This document shows positions 38,746 to 51,278 of a DNA stretch of 64,000 nucleotides, in pieces. The notes below the pieces were generated by a model. It searched no databases. It was not told where the DNA came from and saw nothing but the letters and a program-made list of their open reading frames with translations. A program made the translations under genes and the position numbers. Source of the stretch: an uncultured Gammaproteobacteria bacterium (GTDB taxonomy: Bacteria; Pseudomonadota; Gammaproteobacteria; UBA9214); contig CAVYZN010000017.1 in assembly GCA_963773065.1 (NCBI GenBank), positions 32,001 to 96,000 of the forward strand, given 5' to 3'. Each line of letters opens with the position of its first letter. The first letter of the stretch is position 1.

Positions 38746-40656
38746 ATGCCCAAGACGACTTACCCGCTGCTCCATCGTATCGATTCCCCCGCCGACCTGC
38801 GCCGTCTCGGGGCGGGCGAACTCGTACAGCTCGCCGCCGAACTGCGCGGATTTCTGATCGAATCGGTCGCCAACACCGGCGGGCACCTCGCCGCCGGGCT
38901 GGGGACCGTCGAACTGACCATTGCCCTGCACTACGTGTTCAATACCCCGCACGACCGGCTGGTCTGGGATATCGGGCACCAGGCCTATCCCCACAAGATT
39001 CTGACCGGACGGCGCGACGCCATGCCCGGCCTGCGCCGCCAGGACGGGTTGAGCGGGTTCCTGAGCCGGCAGGAGAGCGAATACGACGCCTTCGGCGCCG
39101 GTCATTCCAGCACCTCGATCAGCGCCGCCCTGGGCATGGCGGTGGCCGCTGCCCATGCCGGGTCCGGGCGCAAGGCCGTGGCGATCATCGGCGATGGCGC
39201 CATGACGGCCGGCATGGCCTTCGAGGCGCTCAACAATGCCGGCGACCTGGACTGCGACCTGCTGGTGATCCTGAACGACAACGAGATGTCCATATCGCGC
39301 AACCACGGCGCGATGCACAACTATCTCGCCAGGATCCTGTCCAGCCGTTTCTATGCCGGCGTGCGCGAGGGCAGCAAGAGCATTCTGAACATCCTGCCGG
39401 GCGCGCGGCAATTCTTCGGGCGCTGGGAAGAGCACATGAAGGGCATGCTGCTGCCCGGCACCCTGTTCGAGGAACTGGGGTTCAATTACATCGGCCCGAT
39501 CGACGGGCACGACCTGCCGACCTTGATCACCACGCTCGGCAACCTGCGCGCACTCAAAGGCCGCCAGTTCCTGCACGTCGTTACTCAGAAGGGGAAGGGC
39601 TATCATCCCGCCGAACAGGACCCCTGCAATTATCACGGCGTCGCGCCGTTTGACCGGAAGACCGGCCAGCAGCAAACCGCCCCGGGCAGCAAAAACTACA
39701 CCCGCATCTTCGGTGACTGGCTGTGCGACATGGCGGATGCCGATCAACGCCTGATCGGCATCACCCCGGCCATGTGCGAGGGCTCCGGGCTGGCGCGCTT
39801 CGCGCAGCGGCACCCGGAGCGCTACCATGATGTCGGCATCGCCGAACAGCATGCGCTAACGTTCGCGGCGGGGCTGGCTTGCGAAGGACTGAAACCGGTC
39901 GTCGCCATCTATTCGACCTTTCTGCAGCGCGCTTATGACCAGCTCATCCATGACATCGCGCTGCAGAACCTCGACGTCACTTTCGCCATCGACCGCGCCG
40001 GGCTGGTCGGGGCCGACGGCGCCACCCATGGCGGGGCGTTCGATCTGAGTTTCCTGCGCTGCATACCCAACCTGCTGGTCATGGCGCCGGCCGATGAACG
40101 GGAATGCCGCCGCCTGCTGTCCACGGCCTACCGGCACGCCGGTCCGGCCGCGGTGCGCTACCCGCGCGGCGCCGGTCCGGGCGCGGTGGTCGATACGGAC
40201 CTGGAAACCCTGCCCATCGGCAAGGCCGAGGTTCGCCGCAACGGCCGGCGCATCGCGATCCTGGCCTTCGGCAGTCGCGTGGCGCCGGCGCTGGAGGCCG
40301 GTGAACGCCTCGATGCGACCGTGGTCAACATGCGGTTCGTGAAGCCGCTGGATGCGCAATTGGTCAGCGAACTCGCCGCCACGCACGAGCTGATCGTGAG
40401 CGTCGAGGAAAACGCCGTCCAGGGCGGCGCCGGCTCGGCGGTCAATGAAGCGCTGCTGGCGGGCGGCCACGCGGTCCACATCCTCAACCTGGGTATCCCC
40501 GACCGTTTCATCGGGCATGGCGACCAGCAGCAGCAACTGGCCGAATGCGGCCTGGACGCCGGCGGTATCCAGGCCGCCATCGAGGCCGCCTGCGCCGCGC
40601 TGCCGCAACCGGCCGGTTCCCCGGCCGCGAAGCAGGGCCAGAAAGCCATTGGATAA
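38746..40656 (+). CDS. dxs: 1-deoxy-D-xylulose-5-phosphate synthase
   Basis: [42 protein letters not shown] and DGATHGG. Confidence 0.96.
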   Translation: MPKTTYPLLHRIDSPADLRRLGAGELVQLAAELRGFLIESVANTGGHLAAGLGTVELTIALHYVFNTPHDRLVWDIGHQAYPHKILTGRRDAMPGLRRQDGLSGFLSRQESEYDAFGAGHSSTSISAALGMAVAAAHAGSGRKAVAIIGDGAMTAGMAFEALNNAGDLDCDLLVILNDNEMSISRNHGAMHNYLARILSSRFYAGVREGSKSILNILPGARQFFGRWEEHMKGMLLPGTLFEELGFNYIGPIDGHDLPTLITTLGNLRALKGRQFLHVVTQKGKGYHPAEQDPCNYHGVAPFDRKTGQQQTAPGSKNYTRIFGDWLCDMADADQRLIGITPAMCEGSGLARFAQRHPERYHDVGIAEQHALTFAAGLACEGLKPVVAIYSTFLQRAYDQLIHDIALQNLDVTFAIDRAGLVGADGATHGGAFDLSFLRCIPNLLVMAPADERECRRLLSTAYRHAGPAAVRYPRGAGPGAVVDTDLETLPIGKAEVRRNGRRIAILAFGSRVAPALEAGERLDATVVNMRFVKPLDAQLVSELAATHELIVSVEENAVQGGAGSAVNEALLAGGHAVHILNLGIPDRFIGHGDQQQQLAECGLDAGGIQAAIEAACAALPQPAGSPAAKQGQKAIG

Positions 40657-40954
40657 GACCAAGCGCTACGTCGGCATCCACCATGACAACGCCGGCGGCA
40701 TGACCAGCGCCGGCAACATCATCCGCGACGCCTGGGTGTTCGGCCTGCTGCCCGAGGAGGAGACCTGCGCTGGCTGGTCGCACGGTGAGCTCGATGCGCT
40801 CTACGACAAGGTCGCCAAGGCGTGGGAACCGTACGGCCACCTCGCGTCGAACCTGCCGGATGAATTGCGCGGCCGACACGCGCGCATCTACGCGGCGGCC
40901 ACGCGGTATGCCCGCGAGCACGGCTGGAACCCGGAACTCGACGACGAGGAGTAG
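40649..40954 (+). CDS. Hypothetical protein
   Basis: TTG start overlapping the dxs end; [24 protein letters not shown]. Confidence 0.65.
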   Translation: MDKTKRYVGIHHDNAGGMTSAGNIIRDAWVFGLLPEEETCAGWSHGELDALYDKVAKAWEPYGHLASNLPDELRGRHARIYAAATRYAREHGWNPELDDEE

Positions 40955-41078
40955 CGCTGCGTGTCGCTCCCGCGATTAGCGTCAGCGGCGCAGCCCTCGA
41001 CCCGACGCCACTATCCAGAGACAATCACCCTGGCTTGCTTCATCGACAACAAGGCGCTTTGATTCCAGGTACAAGACC

Positions 41079-42791
41079 ATGCCTCACAGCGTTACCTTGA
41101 TCACCACCATCGCCGCCAGCCTGGGGCTTGCCCTGATTCTGGGACTCGTCGCCGATCGCCTGAAGCTGCCGGCGCTGGTCGGTTACCTGATTGCCGGTGT
41201 CATGATCGGACCCGCCACACCGGGTTTCGTTGCCGACATCGAGATATCGCGCCAACTGGCCGAGATCGGCGTCATTTTGCTGATGTTCGGTGTCGGCCTG
41301 CACTTTTCGCTCGATGACCTGTTGGCCGTGCGCCGCATCGCCCTGCCCGGCGCGATTGCCCAGATCGTGGTGGCCACGGCTCTCGGCGCGGGGGTCGCGA
41401 CCTTCTGGGGCTGGAGCCTGGGGGCGGGCCTCGTGTTCGGTCTGGCGCTTTCCGTGGCGAGCACGGTCGTCCTGCTCAGGGCGCTGGAGCAGCGTGACGA
41501 ACTGCGCTCCGTCAACGGCCGGATCGCGGTCGGCTGGCTGGTGGTCGAGGATCTGGCGATGGTACTGGTACTCGTGCTGCTGCCCCCGCTCGCCGGATGG
41601 CTCGGCGGCGGCGATGGCGCTCACGCCGGGGGTGCGCTCGATGGGGCGTTAGCGAAGACGCTCGTGATCACCCTCGTGGAGATTTCGATCTTCGTCGCCC
41701 TCATGCTGGTCGTCGGACGACGGGTGTTCCCGTGGCTGCTCTGGCATGTGGCCGGCACCGGCTCGCGCGAGCTGTTTACCCTGTGCGTGATCGCGGCGGC
41801 GGTGGGGATCGCCTACGGCTCCACGCAGCTCTTCGGCGTCTCCTATGCGCTCGGCGCCTTCTTCGCCGGCATGGTCATGAGAGAGTCCCCGCTGAGCCAT
41901 CGGGCCGCCGAAGAATCCCTGCCGCTCAGAGACGCGTTCTCGGTTCTGTTCTTCGTGTCGGTGGGAATGCTGTTCGATCCCGCCGTCCTGATACAGCAGC
42001 CGCTCCAGGTGGGCGTCGTCCTCGCGATCATCGTGGTCGGCAAATCGCTCGCCGCCTTCCTGCTCGTCCTTGCCTTCCGCTATCCGCTCAACACGGCGCT
42101 CACGGTATCGGCAAGCCTCGCGCAGATCGGCGAGTTCTCGTTCATCCTGGCGGGACTCGGGGTTTCCCTCGGACTTCTCCCGCGCGAGGGTCAGAGTCTC
42201 ATACTGGCGGGGGCGCTCATTTCGATTGCGCTCAATCCCCTGGTATTCCGGACCATCGAGCCCGCGCAAGCCTGGATTCGACCACGCTCAAAGCTCGCGC
42301 GCGCCCTGGAACGCACCGATGATCCCCTGGCGGAGTTGCCGATGACGGTCAAGTGGGACCAGTTAACGGACCATGTGGTGCTCATCGGCTACGGCCGCGT
42401 CGGCCGGCGTATCGGCGAAGCGCTGACCGAACACGAGATACCGTTCGTCGTGGCCGAGCAGAATCGTCAGTTGGTCGAGAAGTTGCGGGAACGCGGAATC
42501 CATGCCGTCGCGGGCGATGCCTCGGACCCGGTCATCCTCGTTCAAGCGCATATCGCGCGGGCCCGCATGCTGGTGATCGCGGCCCCCGATACGTTTCGCG
42601 CGCGGCGCATGATCGAGTTCACCCGCATACTCAACCCGAAAATCGAGATTTTGGTGCGCACGCATAGCGAAGAAGAGGCGCTGCTGCTGCGAAGCGAGAA
42701 TGCGGGAACGGTATTTCTCGGCGAGCACGAGCTTGCGCTCAGCATGACGCGCCACGTGCTGGAAAAGGCCGCTGCCGGGCAAGGGTGGTAG
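41079..42791 (+). CDS. ybaL: YbaL/RosB-family CPA2 cation:proton antiporter with TrkA-N domain
   Basis: LAEIGVILLMFGVGLHFS, GWLVVEDL, AQIGEFSF and IGYGRVG. Confidence 0.9.
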   Translation: MPHSVTLITTIAASLGLALILGLVADRLKLPALVGYLIAGVMIGPATPGFVADIEISRQLAEIGVILLMFGVGLHFSLDDLLAVRRIALPGAIAQIVVATALGAGVATFWGWSLGAGLVFGLALSVASTVVLLRALEQRDELRSVNGRIAVGWLVVEDLAMVLVLVLLPPLAGWLGGGDGAHAGGALDGALAKTLVITLVEISIFVALMLVVGRRVFPWLLWHVAGTGSRELFTLCVIAAAVGIAYGSTQLFGVSYALGAFFAGMVMRESPLSHRAAEESLPLRDAFSVLFFVSVGMLFDPAVLIQQPLQVGVVLAIIVVGKSLAAFLLVLAFRYPLNTALTVSASLAQIGEFSFILAGLGVSLGLLPREGQSLILAGALISIALNPLVFRTIEPAQAWIRPRSKLARALERTDDPLAELPMTVKWDQLTDHVVLIGYGRVGRRIGEALTEHEIPFVVAEQNRQLVEKLRERGIHAVAGDASDPVILVQAHIARARMLVIAAPDTFRARRMIEFTRILNPKIEILVRTHSEEEALLLRSENAGTVFLGEHELALSMTRHVLEKAAAGQGW

Positions 42792-43135
42792 GACGGCCGT
42801 TGACTCATGCCCGCTTTTTTCGAATAAATCGCCTAGCTCGGGAAACCGTGGGGTTTTTATGCCCGGCCCCGCGCCACCCCGCCTTTTGATCCAGCCCGCA
42901 CGCGCGCGGAAAAACCCCACGCATGCACCCCATGACCCGTAACGGGATTTTGCGTATAATGCGGCGCTGAACCCGGCGTCCGCATGGAATTCATTACCCG
43001 CTGCCGCACCGCATCGGCGTAGCCAGCCATCGGACTCCGTCATCCGCCGTCTCCAGGAGATGCGCGGTAACACTCGATCTTCAAGACTACGCCCCAGGTT
43101 CTGGACATACCGCATTATTGTGTTTGAGTAGCCTT

Positions 43136-43456
43136 ATGTTGCCAAAACTGACACGTACGTTGACATCCTTGCTTCCCGTGGAAAATCACCGCACCGGAAG
43201 CTGCAACCAGTGCGGGGAGTGCTGCCGGCTGCCGTTCACGTGCATGTTTCTGCGCACCGGATCGGATGGCAAAAGCTATTGCTCCGCTTACCGGTTCAGG
43301 CCGCCCACCTGCCGCAAGTTCCCCCGCACCCGGGCCCAGCTCGACCTGGTCAGTGGCGTCTGCGGCTACTCCTTCGTGGAAGTGCCTCATTCCCAGCCGG
43401 CCTGCACGGCAAATGGTGATGACTGCCTCACCGCCCCGGTGACCGCCGAGAGTTGA
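43136..43456 (+). CDS. Small YkgJ-like cysteine-cluster protein
   Basis: [21 protein letters not shown] and CGY. Confidence 0.7.
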   Translation: MLPKLTRTLTSLLPVENHRTGSCNQCGECCRLPFTCMFLRTGSDGKSYCSAYRFRPPTCRKFPRTRAQLDLVSGVCGYSFVEVPHSQPACTANGDDCLTAPVTAES

Positions 43457-43457
43457 C

Positions 43458-43613
43458 AGCCGCCGGTGATATAGTGGTGCAGATGATCGGGGCGCCCAGG
43501 GAATTGGCGTACTCGGCGCGCTTGTATATCTGTTCCGGGGTCGGGGCGGTGACGTTCAGGTAGCCACCCTTGCGCTCACCCGTCTCGGCTTCGGCCTTGT
43601 GGATGGCCGACAT
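43458..43613 (-). pseudogene. cbbL: Internal fragment of a green-type (form IA) Rubisco large subunit
   Basis: [42 protein letters not shown], then after a frameshift HHYITGG. Matches form [27 protein letters not shown]...GAPIIMHDYxTGG. Confidence 0.85.
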
Positions 43614-43647
43614 GACCTAAAAATGAATCCGCGTTTGGCGCGGTTAC

Positions 43648-44001
43648 TTAAGGTTTAGCGTCGCCGGCGGCGTTCAACACCTGCTGCAATGCATCCAGCG
43701 TCGATCCCATCACAAGACCCGCGTGCACGTGGTACAGGCATAGCTGGCAACGCACCGGTGCGTGCAACGCGCTGCGGCCGACGGTTTCGAACAGGTGCCA
43801 ACCGAGTACCGGTTGATCGTTACGCAGGCTGTCAACACACAGCCAAAACCGATCCTCAAGGATCATCTCGAGACCCCTGTGCCCCGGCAACGCGATGCGC
43901 AACGGGCTGCCGCTGCGCGCGAGCGAAAGGCGCACGCGGTTATAGCACGCAGCCTCAATTGTCTTGGGAAGGGAATGGAGTACACCAGCGGGAAGCGGCA
44001 T
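43648..44001 (-). CDS. Hypothetical protein
   Basis: 117 aa, co-oriented downstream of cbbX; W.CVD...DQPVLGW..F...R.ALH.PV.C.L..YH.HA pattern. Confidence 0.7.
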   Translation of the reverse strand: MPLPAGVLHSLPKTIEAACYNRVRLSLARSGSPLRIALPGHRGLEMILEDRFWLCVDSLRNDQPVLGWHLFETVGRSALHAPVRCQLCLYHVHAGLVMGSTLDALQQVLNAAGDAKP

Positions 44002-44013
44002 CGGTCGCCTCCC

Positions 44014-44331
44014 TTACACCTCGAGCACGTCGTCGTCAGGGTCAATCGCGGCGAGGTCGAGGTCGTGGCGCGCGATCGCATCACACAGATTACCCAATGC
44101 ATCGTGCAACGCGGCAACGCTGTCGTCGGCATTTGCGGCATGGCGCTCGCGTAAACGCTCAAGCAGCGCAAGCAGGCGATCGGTGAGGCGTCCATCGGAG
44201 TCAATCGGGCCGGGCGCCCAACCCACCATGTCAGCAATATCGGCAGCGGCCTGAACCAGTGTCGGCTGCGCCGCCACGTCGGGTACCGCCAGGAAGCGCT
44301 CGACTGCTTGCAGCAATTCCCCTGGATTCAT
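44014..44331 (-). CDS. Hypothetical protein downstream of cbbX
   Basis: Acidic helical ORF tightly following cbbX. Confidence 0.6.
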   Translation of the reverse strand: MNPGELLQAVERFLAVPDVAAQPTLVQAAADIADMVGWAPGPIDSDGRLTDRLLALLERLRERHAANADDSVAALHDALGNLCDAIARHDLDLAAIDPDDDVLEV

Positions 44332-44352
44332 CGGCGGTGCCCGCGGGTGCAA

Positions 44353-45324
44353 CTAACCCGGCGATAAGCCATTGGCGCCCTCATCTCCATCGAGATCGAG
44401 CGCGCCCTCGCGGAACACACGCGAGGCACGGATATCCTCGGCCTCGAGTGTCATGAGGTCGATCCGGGTCAGTTGTCTACCGCGGCGAGCGAATAGGCGG
44501 TTGGCCTGACGAAGACGCGAGCGATCCAGCGCATTGCGTACCGAACGCGCGTTGGCAAAGTGTGGAAGCTTCATGCGCAGTGGGATGTATTCGGCGAACG
44601 CTTGCTCGGCCGTGGGGCTGAACCGGTAGTTCTGACTCTCCAGCATGAGCTTGGCGATCGCCAGCAACTCCTCGGGCTTGTAGTCGGGAAAATCCACATG
44701 ATGCGCGATGCGCGAGCGCATGCCGGGATTGCTCTGAAAAAAACGATCCATCTTGTCCTTATAACCGGCGAGTATCACGACCAAATCGTCGCGATTGTTT
44801 TCCATCACCTGCAACAGGATCTCGATGGATTCCTGACCATAGTCCCGTTCGTTTTCGGGTTTGTACAGGTAGTAGGCTTCGTCAATAAACAGCACTCCGC
44901 CCATCGCCTTCTTGATGACCTCCTTGGTCTTTGGCGCCGTGTGGCCGATGTACTGGCCGACCAGATCGTCGCGCGTGACGGTGACCAGATGGCCCTCCCG
45001 CACGTAACTCAGCCGTTTGAGAATCTCACCCATGCGCATCGCCACCGTGGTCTTGCCGGTGCCGGGATTTCCGGTGAAGCACATGTGCAGCGTCGGCGCC
45101 ATGGAGGTGAGATTCAGCTTGCGCCGCAGGCGGTCCACCAGCAGCAGCGCGGCGATCTCGCGGATGCGCGTCTTGACTGGCTTCAAGCCGATCAATTCGC
45201 GGTCTAGTTGATCAAGAACTTCCTGGACGTTGGAGGCGCGCAGTTCGGCCTCGAGGTCAATTGGCGTATCCAGGGTAGAGGAATCCGGGCTTGGATCGCC
45301 GGACGCTCGTTCGTTGTTCGGCAT
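44353..45324 (-). CDS. cbbX: Red-type Rubisco activase CbbX
   Basis: [48 protein letters not shown] and FANARS. Confidence 0.96.
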   Translation of the reverse strand: MPNNERASGDPSPDSSTLDTPIDLEAELRASNVQEVLDQLDRELIGLKPVKTRIREIAALLLVDRLRRKLNLTSMAPTLHMCFTGNPGTGKTTVAMRMGEILKRLSYVREGHLVTVTRDDLVGQYIGHTAPKTKEVIKKAMGGVLFIDEAYYLYKPENERDYGQESIEILLQVMENNRDDLVVILAGYKDKMDRFFQSNPGMRSRIAHHVDFPDYKPEELLAIAKLMLESQNYRFSPTAEQAFAEYIPLRMKLPHFANARSVRNALDRSRLRQANRLFARRGRQLTRIDLMTLEAEDIRASRVFREGALDLDGDEGANGLSPG

Positions 45325-45378
45325 TGCTGGACTCCCCGTGAATCAAGAGCCGGCTGGGGCCCGATCCTGTTACGAGAG

Positions 45379-45411
45379 AAAACGCCGGGGGGCGTTCAAA
45401 CCGCCCCCCGG
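45379..45411 (-). terminator. Hairpin plus U-tract between cbbS and cbbX
   Basis: Minus strand: CCGGGGGGCGG-TTTGA-ACGCCCCCCGG-CGTTTT. Confidence 0.55.
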
Positions 45412-45424
45412 GGTGATAAGAGAC

Positions 45425-45859
45425 TTAATACCGCTCGCCTTCCGCCTTGTCCGTGGCATACGAATGCACGGTGTAACGGATGCTGCGTCCGTCCACTTCC
45501 TGACGCACCAGCCCGAAACCCGGCTCGTTCTTCGGTCGGTTGACGATGAACGACATGCGCGGGGTTTCCCAGCCGCGCGTGCTGTCGAATGCCGTTACGC
45601 GGATGTAATGACTCGGGAAGGTCTTGCGGCAGTTGTTGATCTCCATCAGTATCCCAGCGGGGTCCTTGAGATCGAACATCGGCATGCCGAACATCTCCCA
45701 ATAGGTGTTGCGCGGGTGCGGATCGTCGGTGTATTCGACGTTGACCGCCCAGCCGTTTTTCAACGCGTACTTGATCTGCGCGGTGATTTGCGCGTCAGTG
45801 AGATCAGGCAGGAACGAAAACTGACCCTGTGTGATCCGGTTGCCGTGATTGGTCATCAT
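45425..45859 (-). CDS. cbbS: Rubisco small subunit, red-type
   Basis: [30 protein letters not shown], and the red-type C-terminal hairpin extension. Confidence 0.96.
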   Translation of the reverse strand: MMTNHGNRITQGQFSFLPDLTDAQITAQIKYALKNGWAVNVEYTDDPHPRNTYWEMFGMPMFDLKDPAGILMEINNCRKTFPSHYIRVTAFDSTRGWETPRMSFIVNRPKNEPGFGLVRQEVDGRSIRYTVHSYATDKAEGERY

Positions 45860-45880
45860 GATGATGTCTCCTCGATGTCG

Positions 45881-47434
<1,554 letters not shown>

Positions 47435-47453
47435 TCATGGTACTCTGGCAAAA

Positions 47454-47511
47454 GCATAAGTAAACTCAATATTTCTGATTGTTGTGATAATGTTTTACTT
47501 ATATAATTTAT
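47454..47511. promoter_or_regulatory. CbbR-type AT-rich operator region upstream of cbbL
   Basis: GCATAAGTAAACTCAATAT...GATAATGTTTTACTTATATAATTTAT with ATAA/TTAT half-sites. Confidence 0.6.
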
Positions 47512-47583
47512 CGCCCCGGCGGTACCGCTGATTCTCATACTGTGGCACCGTCGCTTCAGTGGGGGTAAATACCTGTCGGTTCA

Positions 47584-48504
47584 CTATCCAGCGTTTTTTT
47601 CGTGATCACCATCCTGGGGCAGCTCGTAGGCCGCCATGCTGGGCCGCTCAGGCTCCTCCGCCGCCACCGCCTGGCGTTGCCCGCGCCGGGCGAGGTGCTT
47701 GTCCAGGGCATCCGGCTTCCGCGCGATGGTCTCCTCGCCGAACATGATCTGGCGTATCATCCGGTCGCCAAACTCGAGCAGGGCAAGATCATCCGTGTAC
47801 AGCGCCTTGAGCGTCGTCGCGTCAACGTCGTAGGTTTCCTGGAAGCCTGCGCTCCTGACAAACTCGCGGAAGCGGTCGATGTCATAACAGGCCATGAAGA
47901 AGAACCGCAGGCTGGCCTTGGAAGGCGCACCGATGGTCGGACCGGCCGACTTCATCTTGAGGATCAGTTGCCGCCAACTGCGCCCACGCTCGTCATATTC
48001 CTCCAGCCCCTGCTCCTTGCGGTAGTCGGCAATGGAGATGGGACGGTCTTCCCGGTGGCCGTGACAATGCTCCTCGCGGACCAGCGCATAGGAGGCCCGG
48101 TCGAAATTCTCGTCCGCCCGGCGCAGCGTCAACAGGCCGATCGGGTAGTAGCGGCAGGCGGTCGGCCGGTCCTCGTAGACGCTGCAACCTTCGTCGGTGA
48201 CGAACTTGCATTCCATCGAGCCATCCTTGGTCATCAGCTTGACGCCGGCGATGCTGTTATTGGCGAATTCAAACGGCACCGTGTACGCCTTGAGGAATTC
48301 GCCGGAGGTCATGCCCAGCCGCGTTTTCAGCCGCAGGATGTCATACGGGGTCAGCATGATATCGATGGATCTGCAACAGGCGTTGAAGCAGTCGATGCCC
48401 TTGTAACAGCGGAAGTTGAACACATGAGTTTCATCCAGTTGCACCGGAAGCACCGGACTGGCGGGTATCGGTGTGTCTTTGACGTGGATCTTGTCGTCTG
48501 TCAT
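47584..48504 (-). CDS. YkgJ-family cysteine-cluster protein
   Basis: FRCYKGIDCFNACC, LTPYDI, C.FV...GCSVYEDRPTACRYYP and HCHG. Confidence 0.88.
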   Translation of the reverse strand: MTDDKIHVKDTPIPASPVLPVQLDETHVFNFRCYKGIDCFNACCRSIDIMLTPYDILRLKTRLGMTSGEFLKAYTVPFEFANNSIAGVKLMTKDGSMECKFVTDEGCSVYEDRPTACRYYPIGLLTLRRADENFDRASYALVREEHCHGHREDRPISIADYRKEQGLEEYDERGRSWRQLILKMKSAGPTIGAPSKASLRFFFMACYDIDRFREFVRSAGFQETYDVDATTLKALYTDDLALLEFGDRMIRQIMFGEETIARKPDALDKHLARRGQRQAVAAEEPERPSMAAYELPQDGDHEKNAG

Positions 48505-48639
48505 CAGAACTGCCTCTAGTCAAAACAAGCTACGGTGCGCTCTGCGGCACTGCCAAGTGAAGGTGTATCGAGCAATCTAGCCCCTGCATAGCCCTTTTTC
48601 TACCTCCTGTAAAAAAAGGAATTAACCCGGCGCACAATG

Positions 48640-48671
48640 AAAAAGTCCGGACACCTCACGGCGTCCGGACT
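48640..48671 (-). terminator. Rho-independent terminator after aprA
   Basis: Minus strand: AGTCCGGACGCC-GTGA-GGTGTCCGGACT followed by a T run. Confidence 0.75.
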
Positions 48672-48713
48672 GGATTTGTCAGGGGACAGATTTCAAATCC
48701 GTCCCCGCTTGCC

Positions 48714-50696
48714 CTACTTGAACAGCTTCGACTTGTCGACCAGATCCACGTGGGCGCGCTTGAAGCAGGTCCACTTCTTGGACTCCTTGTCGTAGATGGA
48801 GTTGACGAAACACTTCCAGTTTTTCTCATCGATGAAGTTCTTGTCCATGCGATAGTAGAAACCCGGATAACGGCTTTCCTCGCGGAACTGGATATGCTTC
48901 ATGTGGGCTTCCGCCGTCAGGATGCGGTGGTAGTTCTCCCAGGCGCGCAGCAGCTCGTGCAGGTCCTTGGCGCGCATCTTCTTAGCGTCTTCCTTCAGCA
49001 TCTCCAGCTTCTCTTCCGCCACCTTGAGCATGTGCTCGTTGGTGGTGTAGTAGGTCGCCACACCGGCCACGTACTCGTCCATGATCTTCTGCAGACGGAA
49101 CTGCAGCATCTTCGGGGTGATGTAGTGCGGGTTGATGTCTATGGCCGTGGTGTAGTCCTTGTGCTCCAGGTAGGTCCTGACCGGCTGGTAGATCTCGGCG
49201 ACCAGATCTTCCACGGAAGTATCCAGCTCCGGCTTCCAGTCCTTGTTGTCGAGCGCGAACTTGACCATCGACTTGGCGCACATGCGGCCTTCGGCGTGTG
49301 AACCGGAGGAGAACTTGTGGCCGGAAGCGCCCACGCCGTCACCGGCGGTGAACAGGCCCTTCACGGTGGTCATGGAGCGGTAGCCCCAGTTCCAGCCCTT
49401 CGGCAGGTGCGCGGGCACGCCGGGCATCGCCTCGTCCGTCGGGGCGCCGAGGTCGGTCGGACCGGAAACCCAGATGCCGCAGCAACCGGAGTGGGAACCC
49501 AGCAGGTAGGGTTCGGTCGGCATCAGCTCGGAATTCTTCTTATCCGGCTCGATGTTCTCACCCACCCAGATACCGCACTGCCCGACGCACATGTCGAGGA
49601 AGTCTTCCCAGGCCTCGGCCTCGAGGTGCTTCACTTCGCGCGGTGTCAAGGTCTCGCGCAGCTTGGCGAGCGCGGCCACCGTATCCATGTAGATCGGGCC
49701 GCGGCCTTCCTTCATTTCCTTCAGCATGAGGTGGTTGCGCAGGCAGGAAGCGGGAACGGCCGCCTGACCATAGGGCGGATAGTCGTTCAGCATCTCCTTG
49801 TTGCGATCCATGTACACTTCGCCCAGGGCGTTAACGGCCTTGGCCTTGAACAGCAGGAACCAGGCGCCCACCGGGCCGTAGCCATCCTTGAAGCGGGCAG
49901 GCACGAAACGGTTTTCCATCATGGTCATCTCGGCGCCGGCCTCGGCCGCCATGGCGTAGGTGGAACCGGCATTCCAGACCGGGTACCAGGCACGGCCGGT
50001 ACCCTCACCCACGGAGCGCGGACGGAAGATGTTCACGCAACCGCCGGCGGCCAGCAGGCAGGCCTTGAATTTGTAGACGAACACCTTGTGGTCGCGCACG
50101 GAGAAACCGACGGCGCCGGCGACGCGGTTCTTGTCCTTCTTGTCGTTGACCAGCTTGACGATGAAGACACGCTCGTAGATGTTGTCCATGCCCAGGGCTT
50201 TCTTGGCGGCCTCGGCGACGATACATTTGTAGGATTCGCCGTTGATCATGATCTGCCACTTGCCGGAGCGCACCGGTTTGCCGCCGTCCTTCAGCGGGGT
50301 CAGACCCTTGGAACCGTCATGACGCTCACCGTTTTCGTCGGTCTTCCAGATCGGCAGACCCCACTCCTCGAACAGGTGTACGGATTCATCGACGTGGCGG
50401 CCGAGGTCGTAGGCCAGGTCGTCACGGGTGATGCCCATCAGGTCGTTGGAGACCATGCGGGCGTAATCGGCCGGGTCCTGCTCGGTGCCGATGTAGGTGT
50501 TGATGGCGGACAGGCCCTGGGCCACGGCGCCGGAGCGGTCCATGGCGGCCTTGTCCACCAGTTTGATCTTGAGATTCGTGCCTTCGGCCCAGCGCATGAT
50601 TTCAAACGCCGCGCCGCAGCACGCCATACCGCCACCGATCAGGAGGATATCAACCTCTTCCTGGATGACTTCTGGATTTCCGAATTCACCTGCCAT
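48714..50696 (-). CDS. aprA: Adenylylsulfate reductase alpha subunit
   Basis: GGGMACCG, RSGAVAQGLSAINTY, WQIMINGESYK, WYPVWNAGS and GHKFSSGSHAEGR. Confidence 0.97.
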   Translation of the reverse strand: MAGEFGNPEVIQEEVDILLIGGGMACCGAAFEIMRWAEGTNLKIKLVDKAAMDRSGAVAQGLSAINTYIGTEQDPADYARMVSNDLMGITRDDLAYDLGRHVDESVHLFEEWGLPIWKTDENGERHDGSKGLTPLKDGGKPVRSGKWQIMINGESYKCIVAEAAKKALGMDNIYERVFIVKLVNDKKDKNRVAGAVGFSVRDHKVFVYKFKACLLAAGGCVNIFRPRSVGEGTGRAWYPVWNAGSTYAMAAEAGAEMTMMENRFVPARFKDGYGPVGAWFLLFKAKAVNALGEVYMDRNKEMLNDYPPYGQAAVPASCLRNHLMLKEMKEGRGPIYMDTVAALAKLRETLTPREVKHLEAEAWEDFLDMCVGQCGIWVGENIEPDKKNSELMPTEPYLLGSHSGCCGIWVSGPTDLGAPTDEAMPGVPAHLPKGWNWGYRSMTTVKGLFTAGDGVGASGHKFSSGSHAEGRMCAKSMVKFALDNKDWKPELDTSVEDLVAEIYQPVRTYLEHKDYTTAIDINPHYITPKMLQFRLQKIMDEYVAGVATYYTTNEHMLKVAEEKLEMLKEDAKKMRAKDLHELLRAWENYHRILTAEAHMKHIQFREESRYPGFYYRMDKNFIDEKNWKCFVNSIYDKESKKWTCFKRAHVDLVDKSKLFK

Positions 50697-50734
50697 TTTA
50701 ATTTCCTCTCAAAAGTGTTCTGACGTAACCGGAA

Positions 50735-51202
50735 TCAGACGCGGATCAGTTCGCCGCTCTTGCCTGGACGGTAGCCCTTTTCATTGGTGAAGAAGCCCGG
50801 CTGGTCGATCTTGGACATATCGACGGCCGGCTTGCCGGCGTAGGGCTCGATGGAGCCTTCCGGCGTGGTGCGGATCGGGAACTTGAAGCGCTTCAGGTTG
50901 CCGTTACGGAACTTGATGGTCCACATGATGGAATCGGAACCGCGCAACGGCTGTACCGAACCGCCCAGCGGAACGATGTCGGCGTAGTGGCGGGCCTCGA
51001 TGGCCTGCTGCGGGCAGATCTTCACGCAGGAATAGCATTCCCAGCACTGCTCGGGTTCCTGGTTGTAGGCCTTCATGGCATGACCGGTGGCGGAACCGTC
51101 CTTGTCGAGCATCATCAGGTCGTGCGGGCAGATATACATGCAAGCGGTCTTGTCCTGACCCTTGCAGCCGTCACACTTATCGGTACGTACAAATGTTGGC
51201 AT
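50735..51202 (-). CDS. aprB: Adenylylsulfate reductase beta subunit
   Basis: MPTFV...CDGCK...CMYICP, CWECYSCVKICP and KFPIRTTPEG. Confidence 0.97.
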   Translation of the reverse strand: MPTFVRTDKCDGCKGQDKTACMYICPHDLMMLDKDGSATGHAMKAYNQEPEQCWECYSCVKICPQQAIEARHYADIVPLGGSVQPLRGSDSIMWTIKFRNGNLKRFKFPIRTTPEGSIEPYAGKPAVDMSKIDQPGFFTNEKGYRPGKSGELIRV

Positions 51203-51278
51203 GTTGTTTCTCCATCTTTGTAGGGTTACTGCAGTTAACATCCGTCGCCCGTCATCGGGGCAACGGTCTCTAGAGTCG

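Noticed and set aside
42847-42921. Inverted repeat CGTGGGGTTTTT / AAAAACCCCACG after ybaL
   Set aside because: Only 12-bp arms with a long spacer; it cannot be assigned as a terminator, attC or element end.
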